DNA of 64,000 nucleotides from an uncultured Acidobacteriota bacterium (GCA_963709445.1 CAVPWV010000014.1:3930-67929), one strand, 5' to 3'; positions 26,322 to 37,900 are shown, counted from the stretch's first letter. Notes: generated by a model from the sequence alone, not told the origin. Numbers and translations: made by a program.

Positions 26322-27584
26322 TCAAACACTTGAAGCGGTTCGAGCCTTTTCAGTGCGAGCCTTGGCCCACACCGTGGGAAGCGCGATCCCTAATTTCACC
26401 GCAGCGCAGATACCCAAGCTCACAATAGCGCCTATCAAACCTCCCTCAAGTGTTAGCGGCACCCCGATGCCAACGGCGGCGCCGGTCGCGCTCAATTGCG
26501 CAATGAACCCCGCTCTCGGAAGGCCCAGGCCATTCAATAGAGAGCAGACCGTTTCCCCCCAAAACCCAATCGCATAAGCCACAACGCAAATACGCATCGC
26601 TAGCTCTAAGTGAACGTAAGGCGAATGAAATCCGTAAAGCAAGCCAAGAACTGTGCGAGGCCAAGTGAACAGCACGATTAAGTATGGGAGAAAGAGTATC
26701 GACCCGCGGACCGCGTACGCCAACCCACCCCGCGACGCTGCTCGAATTCCACGCTCCCGTCGCTCCTTCGCGGCGGCCGGCACAATGATATTCTGCGTAC
26801 CAACAATTAGCGGGTTGAAAATCTTCAGCGGGTTCAAGATCGCCTGAAAGCTACCTGCCTCGGCCGTTCCAAATAACAGCCCCAGAACCCAGGGAAATGC
26901 CTGCTGCGTGACTCCATTTGCCACGTTTGTGGAAGAGGCCCAGCTGCCCAGGCGCCAATATTCAGCAGCGAGAACTCGAGCCTCTGAGACCCCAACGGAA
27001 CGGGGCTTGACCTGAAGAACTTGGATTACCGCCGCTGCGGCAGAGGTGACCGCGATGGCCAAGAACGCGGACTTTGGAGTTAGAGAACCCATCCTTGCCA
27101 GAACTGCAATAGCAAGCGCTTGCCCCATATAACTCAGGGCATCTCCCCAAATGGCATCGCGGTGGTCAAGCCGCGCCATCAGTGCGCGTCGCAGGGTCTC
27201 CTGAAATTGCCACGAAAACAATGCACAGACCGCGAATAGGAACAGATCCGCATCGTGCAGTGCAACAACAGCACAGAGAACGATCAGCGCCTCGGGTAGC
27301 ACCAGACCCGCTTGGAACCACAGTGAAGCCCCAGTCAGCCGCCTCAGCTCATGTCGGTCCGCTGAACCACCCTTTAGAGAGAGCGGATATGTGACCACGG
27401 TACCCAAAGAACCGATTAGAAAAAAGAGGACGCCGTAAAGAAGGGCGAAGACTCCGTAATCGCTCGCCCCCATGTTTCGTGCGAGCAGCATCTGCGTGAG
27501 AAAGTTTCCGAGACTGACGGCACCCTGATCGAAGAGAGACCAAGAGCCCACCTTTACTTCGAACTCTTTAATGAGTCTCGTCAT
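26322..27584 (-). CDS. Wzx/MOP-type oligosaccharide flippase
   Basis: 420 aa, about 12 TM helices. SLFDQGAVSLGNFLTQMLLARNMGASDYGVFALLYG; internal repeat of helix bundles. Confidence 0.7.
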   Translation of the reverse strand: MTRLIKEFEVKVGSWSLFDQGAVSLGNFLTQMLLARNMGASDYGVFALLYGVLFFLIGSLGTVVTYPLSLKGGSADRHELRRLTGASLWFQAGLVLPEALIVLCAVVALHDADLFLFAVCALFSWQFQETLRRALMARLDHRDAIWGDALSYMGQALAIAVLARMGSLTPKSAFLAIAVTSAAAAVIQVLQVKPRSVGVSEARVLAAEYWRLGSWASSTNVANGVTQQAFPWVLGLLFGTAEAGSFQAILNPLKIFNPLIVGTQNIIVPAAAKERRERGIRAASRGGLAYAVRGSILFLPYLIVLFTWPRTVLGLLYGFHSPYVHLELAMRICVVAYAIGFWGETVCSLLNGLGLPRAGFIAQLSATGAAVGIGVPLTLEGGLIGAIVSLGICAAVKLGIALPTVWAKARTEKARTASSV

Positions 27585-28951
27585 GCCCCAGCCAAGGGGA
27601 CGCCCGATACTTCACGAAGGTAGAGGATCGGCGCGCAGGCACAACCCACCACGAGGTAGAATGGAATCGCTCCATACGGAGCCTCGAAACAGGGCTCAAA
27701 CAGTGCAAAGCTCAGCAGCGCCAGCCAAAATAGCAAGCCGAAGGGCTGGCCAGTGAGTTTCCAGACTTTCCAAAGCAGTTTCGCAATCTCCGCTTGAAAC
27801 GCGAAAAAGAGGATTACGCCAAGCCAACCAGTGTAGCCCAGGACATAGAGGAAGACGTTGTGCGGCGTCCTTACAAACACATCTTGGAGGTAAGGTACCA
27901 AATCGCCCAGGGCATAGCCGTAACCATAGCCCAAGATCGCACGAGATGGCACTGCGTTTACTGAAAGCCAAATTTGGGCCCACCAGACGACCCGCCACAG
28001 GGCCGTACCCTCGGCCATCTGATAATCTGCGCTGTAGTCCGAGGCGAGATCCGGATTGATTGGTGCCAACACTCTACCTACGATGGAGCGGGCCGAAACG
28101 GTGCCACCTCCGCGTCCCTGCGGTGCCTCGATCTTGAGGTTCAATGCGAATACAAAAGCAAACAAGATGGCCAGGTAGCATCCCACAAGAGCGAGCTTTT
28201 TCAGTCGCTTCGTCAGCCAACTCCAAAGCAGCAGCGCAACGCCAAATGCCAGCCATTCGCCCCGGAGCTGTATCCCGAGCAGGACAAAAAGATTCATAAT
28301 GAACAGGTACCAGACTGATTGCAGGTTTTCCTCAAAGACAAGTAGGCCAATCAGAGCCACTGCTGAAAAGGTCGGCTCCCCGAAGATGGGCACCGGCGCG
28401 ACATCCTGCGACACTCCAGGGAATGTCCATGGCACGCTGTTAAGAAACAAGATGAAAAGAATGCCGTATACGCCATTAAACCAAGCGAGCGCGCGAATCA
28501 TCCTAGGAAGAAACAAGCGCGAGTGCAGCCCGACCCACAAGCCCAAGAAAAAGTAGAGCGGATAGTAGTTGAATGCCAGATCGCGAGCGGAAGTAAACGG
28601 AGGATGGCCAGCGTGTATTCCCCGAAGAACCTCGAACACACCGTACGCGAACAACCACCAAAAGCGTCGTACGAACTTCCGGAGGGAATGCGCCTTCATC
28701 ACGACGGAGATCCAACGCCCCGTCTTTATCCTAGGTCCCAAAAGCAGAAAATAGGCGAGTACTACTTCACCTACGAATATGTTCCAGGAGGGTATGCCGA
28801 GATAAGCGAAAGAGCGGGTCATAGAAAAGTACCCGATCAAGAGCACGAATACCGTTTTCGTCCACGGAGCGTTCACTGGGATCTCGGCAGCGACAGCCTG
28901 GGCAGAACTTGCCAACGTCCGGTTCCCAACACCCCCTTCGTCCGCTCTCAT
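27581..28951 (-). CDS. O-antigen ligase / Wzy-like polymerase family membrane protein
   Basis: 456 aa polytopic protein with a large loop GGGTVSARSIVGRV...GTALWRVVWW and TPHNVFLYVLGYTGWLG (Wzy_C-like). 4-nt overlap with the flippase. Confidence 0.65.
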   Translation of the reverse strand: MRADEGGVGNRTLASSAQAVAAEIPVNAPWTKTVFVLLIGYFSMTRSFAYLGIPSWNIFVGEVVLAYFLLLGPRIKTGRWISVVMKAHSLRKFVRRFWWLFAYGVFEVLRGIHAGHPPFTSARDLAFNYYPLYFFLGLWVGLHSRLFLPRMIRALAWFNGVYGILFILFLNSVPWTFPGVSQDVAPVPIFGEPTFSAVALIGLLVFEENLQSVWYLFIMNLFVLLGIQLRGEWLAFGVALLLWSWLTKRLKKLALVGCYLAILFAFVFALNLKIEAPQGRGGGTVSARSIVGRVLAPINPDLASDYSADYQMAEGTALWRVVWWAQIWLSVNAVPSRAILGYGYGYALGDLVPYLQDVFVRTPHNVFLYVLGYTGWLGVILFFAFQAEIAKLLWKVWKLTGQPFGLLFWLALLSFALFEPCFEAPYGAIPFYLVVGCACAPILYLREVSGVPLAGA

Positions 28952-29038
28952 AAGATCAGGTCACTCGGCTGACGATCGCTAGGAGACAAATGCGCGAGTT
29001 CTCAGATAATTCTTCTGCTTACAGTCGTGGCTAGAAGA

Positions 29039-30625
29039 TCACCGGCCGGCACCCCGAAGCACCTGTGGTAGGGTCCTTGCCAGAATGACCAAGTCCAGCC
29101 AAAGATCCCAGTTCTCGATATAGTCGAGATCAAGACGCATATTGGTTTCAAACGAGGGATCCTGACGAGCTGTTATCTGCCAGAGGCCTGTGACGCCAGG
29201 TTTCACGTCGAGCCGTCGCAAATGATCCAACGAATACTGTCCGTAATCATCTAGAGGATGAGGGCGGGGTCCAACTAAGCTCATATCTCCCTTGAGGACA
29301 TTCCACAGCTGTGGCAATTCGTCGAGACTATACCTTCGAAGGAATCTCCCCAATCGCGTGAGTCGAGGATCGTTTTCGATCTTGAAAAACGGTCCCTCGC
29401 GTTCATTCCGAAGGCGAAGAGATTCCTTCAATTCGTCTGCATTTGAAACCATTGTCCTCAACTTATAACAAGTGAATATTCGTCCCTTCTTGCCAACCCT
29501 ACGGGATCGATAAAATACCGAGCCGGGGGAATCGAACTTTATCCAAGCCGCTAAAACCGCCAGCACCGGCAAACATAGGACCAACATCGAAAACGAAAAG
29601 ATCACATCGAACACACGCTTGAGGGCGAATTCAAGACTGGGAATCGCTCGCCAATGAATCTCCATGACGGGGAAGTCGCCAATGTGATGGAGTGGAGCAT
29701 TCCACGCCAGTCCATCATACAGTTCAGGAACTACTTTCACGTCGAGTCTATTCTGGCTTGCTTCAACCGCAATACGCTTTACCAACTCCCGCTCTGAAGG
29801 AATTGTAATAAAAACTTCGTCCACGAACTCTGCTTTAGCGATGGTCGAAAGATTCTCAATCTTGCCAAGCATACGGGGGTCGGTCGAGTGGTTCTCGTCC
29901 AGAAAGCCCTTAAACCGATAACCGAGAAGTTTGTTTTCCTCTAATTGCCGAGCAAGGGCTTGCCCAACCTTCCCCGCGCCAATGATTACTGCATTGCGTG
30001 TTCCAATACCGCGCTCGGCCCTATGAAATATAAGTTGCCGCTTCGCATATCGCCAAGCGACGAGAGCTACGACATTCAGCAGCAAAGTCGTGACGACCAC
30101 AGAGCGGGAAACAATCTTGACTCCCGAGAGATAGAAGAAAGCCGACAATAATAATGTGGCGAAGGACACTGCTTTGATTACCGCGAGGGTTTCTTCCATG
30201 CTAGGACGGCCTCGAGGGGTTCTATACAGGTCTTGTAGGTGACAGAAGAGCAGGATCAGCGCTACGTAAAGCAGCAGGAAACCAACGTAGTGGGCAACAG
30301 GCTGGTCCGTCAGTGCCACTCGCCCAGAGACGAACAAGTGTCGCAGATGATCGGATGAAAAACGCAGCAGAAATGCGATCAGGGCGTTCGTCAGCACACA
30401 GACGACGTCGATCAGCGCATAGGTTATCTGAACCCATCGGCCCCTGACGTTTCGCCCGTGCGGTCGAATACTCCGACGGTGATTTTTGCCAGCCGAATTG
30501 AGCCACTCAGCATCTCCGTCCGTAGCGATGTTCTCATGCTGGACGCGAGTGGAAGTATTGCTGTCGAGATCTGTAGCCGCTTTCGAGGCCCGCAGGCCGC
30601 CTGATTGGATTCTAGTGGCCATCAA
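29039..30625 (-). CDS. Polyprenyl-phosphate glycosyl-1-phosphate transferase (Bac_transf, WbaP-like), copy 2
   Basis: [70 protein letters not shown]. Confidence 0.9.
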   Translation of the reverse strand: MMATRIQSGGLRASKAATDLDSNTSTRVQHENIATDGDAEWLNSAGKNHRRSIRPHGRNVRGRWVQITYALIDVVCVLTNALIAFLLRFSSDHLRHLFVSGRVALTDQPVAHYVGFLLLYVALILLFCHLQDLYRTPRGRPSMEETLAVIKAVSFATLLLSAFFYLSGVKIVSRSVVVTTLLLNVVALVAWRYAKRQLIFHRAERGIGTRNAVIIGAGKVGQALARQLEENKLLGYRFKGFLDENHSTDPRMLGKIENLSTIAKAEFVDEVFITIPSERELVKRIAVEASQNRLDVKVVPELYDGLAWNAPLHHIGDFPVMEIHWRAIPSLEFALKRVFDVIFSFSMLVLCLPVLAVLAAWIKFDSPGSVFYRSRRVGKKGRIFTCYKLRTMVSNADELKESLRLRNEREGPFFKIENDPRLTRLGRFLRRYSLDELPQLWNVLKGDMSLVGPRPHPLDDYGQYSLDHLRRLDVKPGVTGLWQITARQDPSFETNMRLDLDYIENWDLWLDLVILARTLPQVLRGAGR

Positions 30626-30843
30626 TCGCTCTTCGCCTCATCCACGCCACCCAAGGCGCGTTTCGATGTCTTGGGCATCAGCATTTCCTTGAGGATCACC
30701 GTTACATGCCGCGGTTCTTCGTTCCGAAATACGAATCAAAGGATAGCGGCTTCACTACCTGCTCTTTTTGCACCTTCACTTCAACAGTGGAGGCTCGATG
30801 CTCCTTCGTTCGATACTCACAATTTCAAACGCTGAGAGGGATT

Positions 30844-32295
30844 CTAATCTGCATCGTTATCCTCACCCGCTTCCCGCTTGCGAGATCGTCCGCGAGCGAT
30901 TCGTTCGAATAAGCCGTCATGGGCTGCCTTTCCGTCAGAACCGTTCGAAGAACGCGACGGGACGTACGGCCGAATGCTTTCGACAACCTCAAGCACCAGA
31001 GCTTTGCCCGCGTCTTGCGTGTCCATTCGTCGCCAGTGTTCCATCTTGAATACCCAAACGACTCCAACGACACCGGCGAGAAGCATACCTCCCAAACTGA
31101 TCAGCAGCCTCGGCGGGCCAGATTTTTTCCCGGGCACATTGGCGGGATCCAATACCTTGACGCTTGGGGTCTCCTTCGCTTCCTGGACTTTCGCAAGTTC
31201 ATATTCCTGAGTGAGACTCTCAAATACTGCTTCTTGGACCTTTGTCCGCCGGTACAAGTCCGCGTAACTCACGCCCAATACGGGCAGCTGACGAATAGAG
31301 GGGTAGCCTGATTCCGGCTCTTTCCCGCTTGATATAGGCTCGCCAGCAGGCTGACCGGTGATTTTTCCTAGTTGTCGGCGAAGCTCATCGACGCGCGCTT
31401 GGGCTTCTCGAACCCGCACGTTGGTGTCCGTGTATATCTGCCGTACGGACTCAAGTTGGCTTTGCGCTGCAATCAACTGCCCTTCGAGATTAGCAGCGGC
31501 AGCGATCATAGCCTTACCCTGCTCCGGAACGTTGATCGCTGTGTTCTTGCTGGCAAATTGGCTAAAGTCTTTCTCGGCTGATTCAAGATCTTGTTTAACC
31601 TCTGACAGCCGGCCCTCCAGAAAAACGCGCTCCCGATGAGCAGATGAAGTGTTCGACGTTGTGATTACGTGGTTCAATTCTGTAACGTACTCCTGCGCCA
31701 TTGCTGCGGCTCGACGTGGGTTGTGATCTGTAACTTTAATCGAGATGATGCCGCTTTTCCGATCACTCGAAACATCCGTGCGAGCCCCGAGTTCTTCCCG
31801 TGTGTCTTCCCATGAAGACGCCCAAGGATAGAGGCTATAAACTCGTCGGAGGTCGAATTTGTTGATGATGTCGTCGCGTGCGGTTCGACTCTGAAGAACT
31901 CCAACGAAAAGGTCGCCCGACGTCTTCAGGCCCAGGACACTTCCAGCAATTCCGGCCAACCCACTGGTGCTGTCACCGCTCTCCCCGGTTGCCTTTCCCG
32001 CGAGGGCTGTCAGAATTCCGAGACCTCCTCCTCCCTGGTCGGGTGGCATCAACTTGGCAGTCGATTCGTAACTTGAAGGAATTAAAAAGGCGATCACGCA
32101 AGAAGCAACCAGTCCAACCGCCAAGACCCTCGCCAGGAACCTTCGATGTAACCAAAGTAACCTTAGCCTAGCTACCGTGCGCTCACGATTTCGCGGGTCG
32201 CGAACTTCCTCCGCAAGGAGGATCTCATCATCCTGACGCGTCAGGATGTTTTCTCGGCCAGCTATTTCTCGAACAACATGAGGTTCTCTATCCAT
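30844..32295 (-). CDS. Polysaccharide co-polymerase (Wzz/GumC/KpsE-like), no kinase domain
   Basis: TM1 LAVGLVASCVIAFLI with the Wzz-like SSYESTAKLMP. Coiled-coil region. TM2 LLISLGGMLLAGVVGVVWVF. Charged C-terminal tail. Confidence 0.8.
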   Translation of the reverse strand: MDREPHVVREIAGRENILTRQDDEILLAEEVRDPRNRERTVARLRLLWLHRRFLARVLAVGLVASCVIAFLIPSSYESTAKLMPPDQGGGGLGILTALAGKATGESGDSTSGLAGIAGSVLGLKTSGDLFVGVLQSRTARDDIINKFDLRRVYSLYPWASSWEDTREELGARTDVSSDRKSGIISIKVTDHNPRRAAAMAQEYVTELNHVITTSNTSSAHRERVFLEGRLSEVKQDLESAEKDFSQFASKNTAINVPEQGKAMIAAAANLEGQLIAAQSQLESVRQIYTDTNVRVREAQARVDELRRQLGKITGQPAGEPISSGKEPESGYPSIRQLPVLGVSYADLYRRTKVQEAVFESLTQEYELAKVQEAKETPSVKVLDPANVPGKKSGPPRLLISLGGMLLAGVVGVVWVFKMEHWRRMDTQDAGKALVLEVVESIRPYVPSRSSNGSDGKAAHDGLFERIARGRSRKREAGEDNDAD

Positions 32296-32346
32296 GGCGT
32301 TTCGCCATCAACAACGAACACACAATGCCTTTTTCATTGTACAGAA

Positions 32347-34965
32347 TCAGTGGCCTTCAGTAACGCTTCCTGCAAGTCTCGCCTGCGTGTCAGCTCCGAG
32401 ACGCCGCGACCATGGCCAGAATGTTACTTCGATCGAGGTCGCAACATCCGTCTGCCGCAACGCGGAAATGACTGGGAAATCCCATTTCTCGTACTGCACC
32501 GAGCCGGATACACTCAAAGTTGAATTCAGCCAGACCGACGCGCGAGCGCCGCCATCCGTTATCGTCCCGCCGTTGGGGATGAATCCCTTGCTCACCTTCT
32601 CATGCCGGAAATTGAATTGGAGGTTGTCTTTGGGATTGAACCAGTAGGTCGCCCACGCGTCCGCGCCCTGGCCCTGCCGTCCGACCCAGCTACCGATCAA
32701 ATTCCCAGCATTCGTGTACCCGCTCACAAATCGACCGTTGTAATAAAAGAATCCGTGCTGCAGGGAAGGTTGCATAGCCGGCGGATCGGTATAAATTCCC
32801 TCCGCGCGAAAATCCAGTTTTGGGATTTTCGGAATCCGAGGCAGATAGATTCCGCTTATGACGGCAGCCTTGTTCCAGTTGCGCCACGGGCTGATCTCGT
32901 CATCTGTGAACGCATCCCCATAGAGTGTTAGCCAATTTCGCAGCCTCGGAAACCGGTAAGTAAAATCGAACCCGCCGCGCCGGTCACCAGGATCGTTCGG
33001 CGTCCCCGGCAAGCCGCTCCCAACCGGAAGAATGGACTGGCCGAATTTGTGAAGCGTCATGGGAACACCCGCACCGGCAAAAATCGTGGTAACGCCCATC
33101 CCCATTTCAAAATTTGTCGTCGGCTTGATGCTTATTTTCCCGCCGTCGATGAAAGGCTGATCCGCAAGGGGCTGCGTCCAGGAGCCGTCGAGGCCCGTAA
33201 GTACACTGTTCACCCAGTTCTGCCCGGTCAGGCGGCCGAGGAAGAATTGGACCCGCACCTGGCCCAGACGACTAAGAACGCTCGGCAGGATGAACGGCGT
33301 TACGCGATTGATCTCGAGCATTTCAATTGGCGCCGCATTATTGCTGAACAGCATGGGCCCGCTTTTGTCGGGGCCCCACCATTGCTCCTGTTTGCCAAAA
33401 GTGATGGCCCAGTCTTCGAACTGCATTCCCACGTACCCGTCGAGCAAATCTGCTTGGCCTATCGACGGAATCGGAGTGCCCGGAGGCACGGGCGGAACAG
33501 TTGCACCTGGACCAACCACAGGCAAGAGCTGAACCTGGTTTATCACCTGTCGTGCCGACAGCGGCAGCGCCGGAGCCGAAGGCGCATACTGATACTCAGC
33601 GCGGACGTAACCCACCAGCGGCCCGGCGGTAGCCCATCCCGACGCTCCCGCGACCACATTCGCTCCTTCTTCGTACGGACGGCCGTAGTCGTTCAAGATG
33701 GTTTGACCATAATCGTATTTGGCGCCACCGCTGAGCGGCTTGCCGCTGATTCCAGTCACACGCGCGTAAACCGACTCGATCTGCGCGGTGCGATTCGTGC
33801 CGCCCCCGAGCAGATTCAACTCCCGCGCAAATTCGGCGTTCAAGTCGTCAAGAACGCGGCTGGCTTCCGCGGGACTCGCAGAGTCCTCGGTGATCGCATC
33901 ACTTGCGTCACTGATCAGCCGCGCGCATTCCATGCGAGTCCACGGCCTCTGGCCCAAGAACCCTTCCGGCAGATATCCCAACGCCTCCAGACGATCAAGC
34001 GCCGGATAAATCCAACTATCCAATGGCACATACGGCGATCCCATGTCCTTTCGATGATAGGGATGGTCGCCGAGTAACATTTCCGAGGTGCTGTTCCATT
34101 CGCCTCCACCTAGCTCCGGATCGTGACGCCTGCTATAGACAAATTCCCCAGTCAACCATCCAATTGCACTGCCGACCAGCACGTCCGACGTGAAGTGTTG
34201 GTTGCCTTCGACGCGCGCTGCGCTGATGGCGGCGGCCGCGCCATACGCAAGAAGTTTTGGCAAAGGCCCCGGATATTCATGGCTCAAAACGCTAGCGGCC
34301 GCCCACGCCACTGCCGCGTGATCGGACGGAAAAGAATCACCGCCGCTCCAAAATTCTCCATTATGGTTCCCTTGAAACGGCCGGTTGCGGCCCGCGGCGT
34401 ATTTCAGGGCTTCGGTAATCGCTAAACTGTCCACAGCCGCTTCTCCAGCGAGCAAACCTGCCTCGCGCGCGTGATCGTTTTGCGTAAAGTGGCCCCACAG
34501 GTAGAGCGCTCCGGTGCCTCCCGCAACCGCGGCGATTCCATAATTCGAAAAACTCACGTATCGGTTCTGGGTTTGCGGACTGTTCGATATGTGCAGGCTT
34601 GTGTCCCTATCTGTCGCAATCAGCCCGGCGGTTATTCCGCCCAAGGGCACAAGCCAAACGCTGTCCTGCACGCGTAATCGGGCCGGTGCCGTCCAGAGCC
34701 CTTCCTGATCTTGCACAATGTGCTTCAGCAGCGAAACTCCTAATGAATTGTTGTAATCGTCCGAGCCATCCGTGGAGTCCGACGAGGCGATTCCGGGCTG
34801 CACCGGGCTGCTGGGCCCCTTCACTGCGCTGGATGCCGCCTCACTAGATCCACTTGAAGCCTCCGCCGCCGTTTGGCAATAAGTCGTTCTGCTTGTAACA
34901 GTAAAGCCAATTAAAAAACAAGCCAACATAAGTTTTGTCCGAAGTTCTACCCTGGTGCCAGCCAT
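32347..34965 (-). CDS. Fusion: secreted PAP2-family phosphatase domain + Wzi-like capsule-assembly outer-membrane beta-barrel
   Basis: ORF 32347..35364 trimmed to ATG 34965, which overlaps the TGA of the upstream gene (TGATG). Signal peptide MLACFLIGFTVTSRTTYCQTAAEA. PAP2 motifs KYAAGRNRP / PSDH / ARVEGNQHFTSD. Wzi-like DSWIYPALDRLEALGYLP, GPMLFSNNAAPIEMLEINRV, FFLGRL, LYGDAFTDDE. Confidence 0.75.
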   Translation of the reverse strand: MAGTRVELRTKLMLACFLIGFTVTSRTTYCQTAAEASSGSSEAASSAVKGPSSPVQPGIASSDSTDGSDDYNNSLGVSLLKHIVQDQEGLWTAPARLRVQDSVWLVPLGGITAGLIATDRDTSLHISNSPQTQNRYVSFSNYGIAAVAGGTGALYLWGHFTQNDHAREAGLLAGEAAVDSLAITEALKYAAGRNRPFQGNHNGEFWSGGDSFPSDHAAVAWAAASVLSHEYPGPLPKLLAYGAAAAISAARVEGNQHFTSDVLVGSAIGWLTGEFVYSRRHDPELGGGEWNSTSEMLLGDHPYHRKDMGSPYVPLDSWIYPALDRLEALGYLPEGFLGQRPWTRMECARLISDASDAITEDSASPAEASRVLDDLNAEFARELNLLGGGTNRTAQIESVYARVTGISGKPLSGGAKYDYGQTILNDYGRPYEEGANVVAGASGWATAGPLVGYVRAEYQYAPSAPALPLSARQVINQVQLLPVVGPGATVPPVPPGTPIPSIGQADLLDGYVGMQFEDWAITFGKQEQWWGPDKSGPMLFSNNAAPIEMLEINRVTPFILPSVLSRLGQVRVQFFLGRLTGQNWVNSVLTGLDGSWTQPLADQPFIDGGKISIKPTTNFEMGMGVTTIFAGAGVPMTLHKFGQSILPVGSGLPGTPNDPGDRRGGFDFTYRFPRLRNWLTLYGDAFTDDEISPWRNWNKAAVISGIYLPRIPKIPKLDFRAEGIYTDPPAMQPSLQHGFFYYNGRFVSGYTNAGNLIGSWVGRQGQGADAWATYWFNPKDNLQFNFRHEKVSKGFIPNGGTITDGGARASVWLNSTLSVSGSVQYEKWDFPVISALRQTDVATSIEVTFWPWSRRLGADTQARLAGSVTEGH

Positions 34966-37900
34966 CAGTAGTGCGTGGCGATGAATATGGCGCTCACGAT
35001 AGACGAAGCCACCGATGCAGCAGTAAACAGGTTGGCCCACTGCACACCGCCACCGATCGCTTTTTCGGGCACGACCACTGTGTCCCCAGCTTGCAGCACC
35101 GATCCAAGAGAGCTCCCGGTCCACATGCCTTCCCTTCGCCCGATTATCGAGCCATCCGCGCGAATCACGAAAATGGCCTTCCGATTCGCTGTGGTTGTTA
35201 CTCCACCAGCCTGTTCCAGATACCATTTCACGCTTTTGCCGGGCCGGTAGGCAACCGCCGTGGGATTGAAGACTTGCCCCGTCACCATTACGTAGTCGGG
35301 ACGCTTCGGAATGATGAGCGTGTCTCCCGCTCTCGCTAGGACATCGGACGATTTGTTTTTCCAACGGTCGATGCGGGAGGAGATGCGAATTGGGATGCGT
35401 CCGACGGGCGCATTGGTCGTCAATTGCATTAACGTGGTCTCGTATTGGCCGATAGCCATTTCCTTCGCTTGTTTCTGAGCCGGCGTGGTGTCCGGCATGG
35501 CCTCCAGGCTTCCCTCGGCGTCCTTCACGCGTAGCACGAGTTTGTTCTGCTCCTTCGTCTCTAGATCCCGTACCTGCACGCGCTCCAGGATGGCGCCATA
35601 GGGATAAGCGTCTGGCAAAAATCCGCCCGCACGCTCCAAAATCGAGCTCAACCGCTCACCGGGCCGAATTCCGTAAGTCCCGGGATGCTTCACCTCGCCC
35701 CTTAGAGTAATCGTCGCGCCCAGATCGTCCCAACCGGGAAGCTGACGAATACTAACCACGTCGCCGTTGTGAAGTTGCGCGTTATCTTTTGGATCGCCCG
35801 AGAGCGCTGCGGAAATGGCAATCGGCTCATGCTGTCCGGTCAACTGGCCCTGCCCTGCATATTCGTACCGCGTCAGATCTCCATCCTCGGTGTCGGCGTC
35901 CGGCTTCAGGCCGCCTCCGACGCGGACCAGATCGGCCACCGTCATATTTGTGGTCAGAGGATAGCGGCCCGGGCTCCCGACTTCTCCTTCGATGTACACC
36001 ACGGCTGGTTGCACGGCGTTCGTGCTCTTATGTATAAGCAGGCGGTCACGCGGCTCCAAGATGATATTCTGAGTCGAATCGCCGGCAAGGGCTCGATTTA
36101 GTTCCACGCTGAAAATCTCCGCTTTACCATCGGGCATGTAGCGGAACACTTGCGCGTCGTCGGTCTGCGCATCCGGCTCCATCCCTCCAGCCAAATGAAC
36201 GGCGTCGGCCAAATGAATTTGTCCGGAAGTCTGATAGGTGCCCGGCGCTCTCACATCACCCAGAACCGATACGGTGGGCGGATTTTCGAAATCGAAGCGG
36301 CCGAAAACTCGAACCGTATCCATTGCGTGAAGAACCGGCGCTTGCGCTGGATTTGCAAGCGCATCTGCCAAGTTGAAGCTCTGCACGCTGGGACGAAAAT
36401 CCGGCGCGTTGAGACGAATGATTTCGGCATACTGCATCGAAGGTTCCGGCAGCAAGTCCTTGAACGATGGAATCAAATCGGTGACCCGCATGTCGTCATG
36501 ATATGAATACCGGCCGGGACGAATCACATGGCCCTCTAGATACACCGCATCTTCATTACCCTGACTTATCGGAAATACTCGGATGCGGTCGCCGTCCTGT
36601 ATCTGGAAGGAGTCCAGCTTTTTCGTCACTTCGGCATCATCGTCCGAAGCGGGAATATTGAGGCTGAGCATAGTGTGCTTCTCATGGGCAATGGTTCGCT
36701 GCACCTCAATATGCTGCAATGTAGCCGTTGGAAGCAGACCTCCGGCCAGTGCCAGCACACTGGATAAGTCCTTCTCGTCTTTCAGTTCGTAAATCGCGGG
36801 GCGCCGCACCATACCTTCAACGGTCACCTGTGGGCCAATCGGGGGAACCAGAACGCTATCGCCATTTTCCAAACGCTCGATGTCCGACTTCACGCCATGC
36901 AGAAGTAGGTCGTATAAGTCCACATTCTGAATCAGCTGGCTGCCGCGGAAATGCCGAACAATTCGCAGCGATCCTCCCGATGTGGGTCCGCCTGCAATAA
37001 ACAACGCATTCAGCGGAGTGGAAAGCGAACTCACGTCGTAGGCCCCTGGATTTGCTACATCGCCCACCACGTAGATCCGAACGGTTCTAAGACGCGAAAG
37101 CGAGACATCGGCCGAAATATTGCGAAATTGAGTGCGCAGAACCGTCTGTAAATTCTGCTGAACCTCGGCAAGACTCTTCCCGCTTACCAGCAGCGGACCT
37201 ACCTCGGGCAAGCTGATTCGACCTTCGCGGTCGACACTCCTGTATATCCGGCGCGACACGCCTCCCCACAGATCGATTGCCAAGCCATCCCCGGGTCCCA
37301 CCACGTAATCCGGACCAGCCGGCAAGTCCATCGGAATTGCATAAGGGTTTTGTGAGTTGTTTTCAAAAACGTCCATGCCAAACCGTCTGGCAGCCGCTGG
37401 CCGCGGTGTCGCCTGCATGTACATGTCATAAAGCGAAGGAATATCACTGTATGGGTTTGGCCTACGGACCATCGCCGCCGGTTGGAGGAGGGATTGGTTC
37501 GGATTCCTCAAAGGGCCGGGGTAGTAATTGGGGTAGTAATTGCGGTATCCCTGCGCATTCATCGTCGCGCCGCCCATTTGACCTGACTGCGTCATGTCAA
37601 ACTGGTTCATGTCGAAAGGATTTATGTCCGTGCGATCGAATGAGCCCCCGAGATCTTCGCCTCCCAGGTACTGGCCAAGCGAGTTGCCCGTTAATCCGGA
37701 ACCGCCCAGAGAAGCACCAGGCGACTCTCCGCCATTCTGAGACTGAAGCTGCTGCAGGAGGGCTGAGGTCCCGGCTCCTCCGCCGAGCGCCTGTGAGTCC
37801 AGTGAGCCGGGTAGGTTTCCGGATGGTGGCGGCGAAAGTTGGTCGTCGGAAAATTGACCGGCTTGCATGAGCTGGGCCTGTTGGAGCGTATTGTTTCCGC

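Noticed and set aside
33049..34077. 342-aa plus-strand ORF inside the PAP2::Wzi gene
   Set aside because: This is an antisense shadow ORF typical of GC-rich DNA. It is Arg-rich and low-complexity, and the opposite strand has strong family motifs.
34966..35364. N-terminal 133 aa of track ORF 32347..35364
   Set aside because: This part overlaps the 3' end of the OPX gene in another frame. It has nonsense composition and precedes a good Met + signal peptide at 34965 that abuts the upstream stop.
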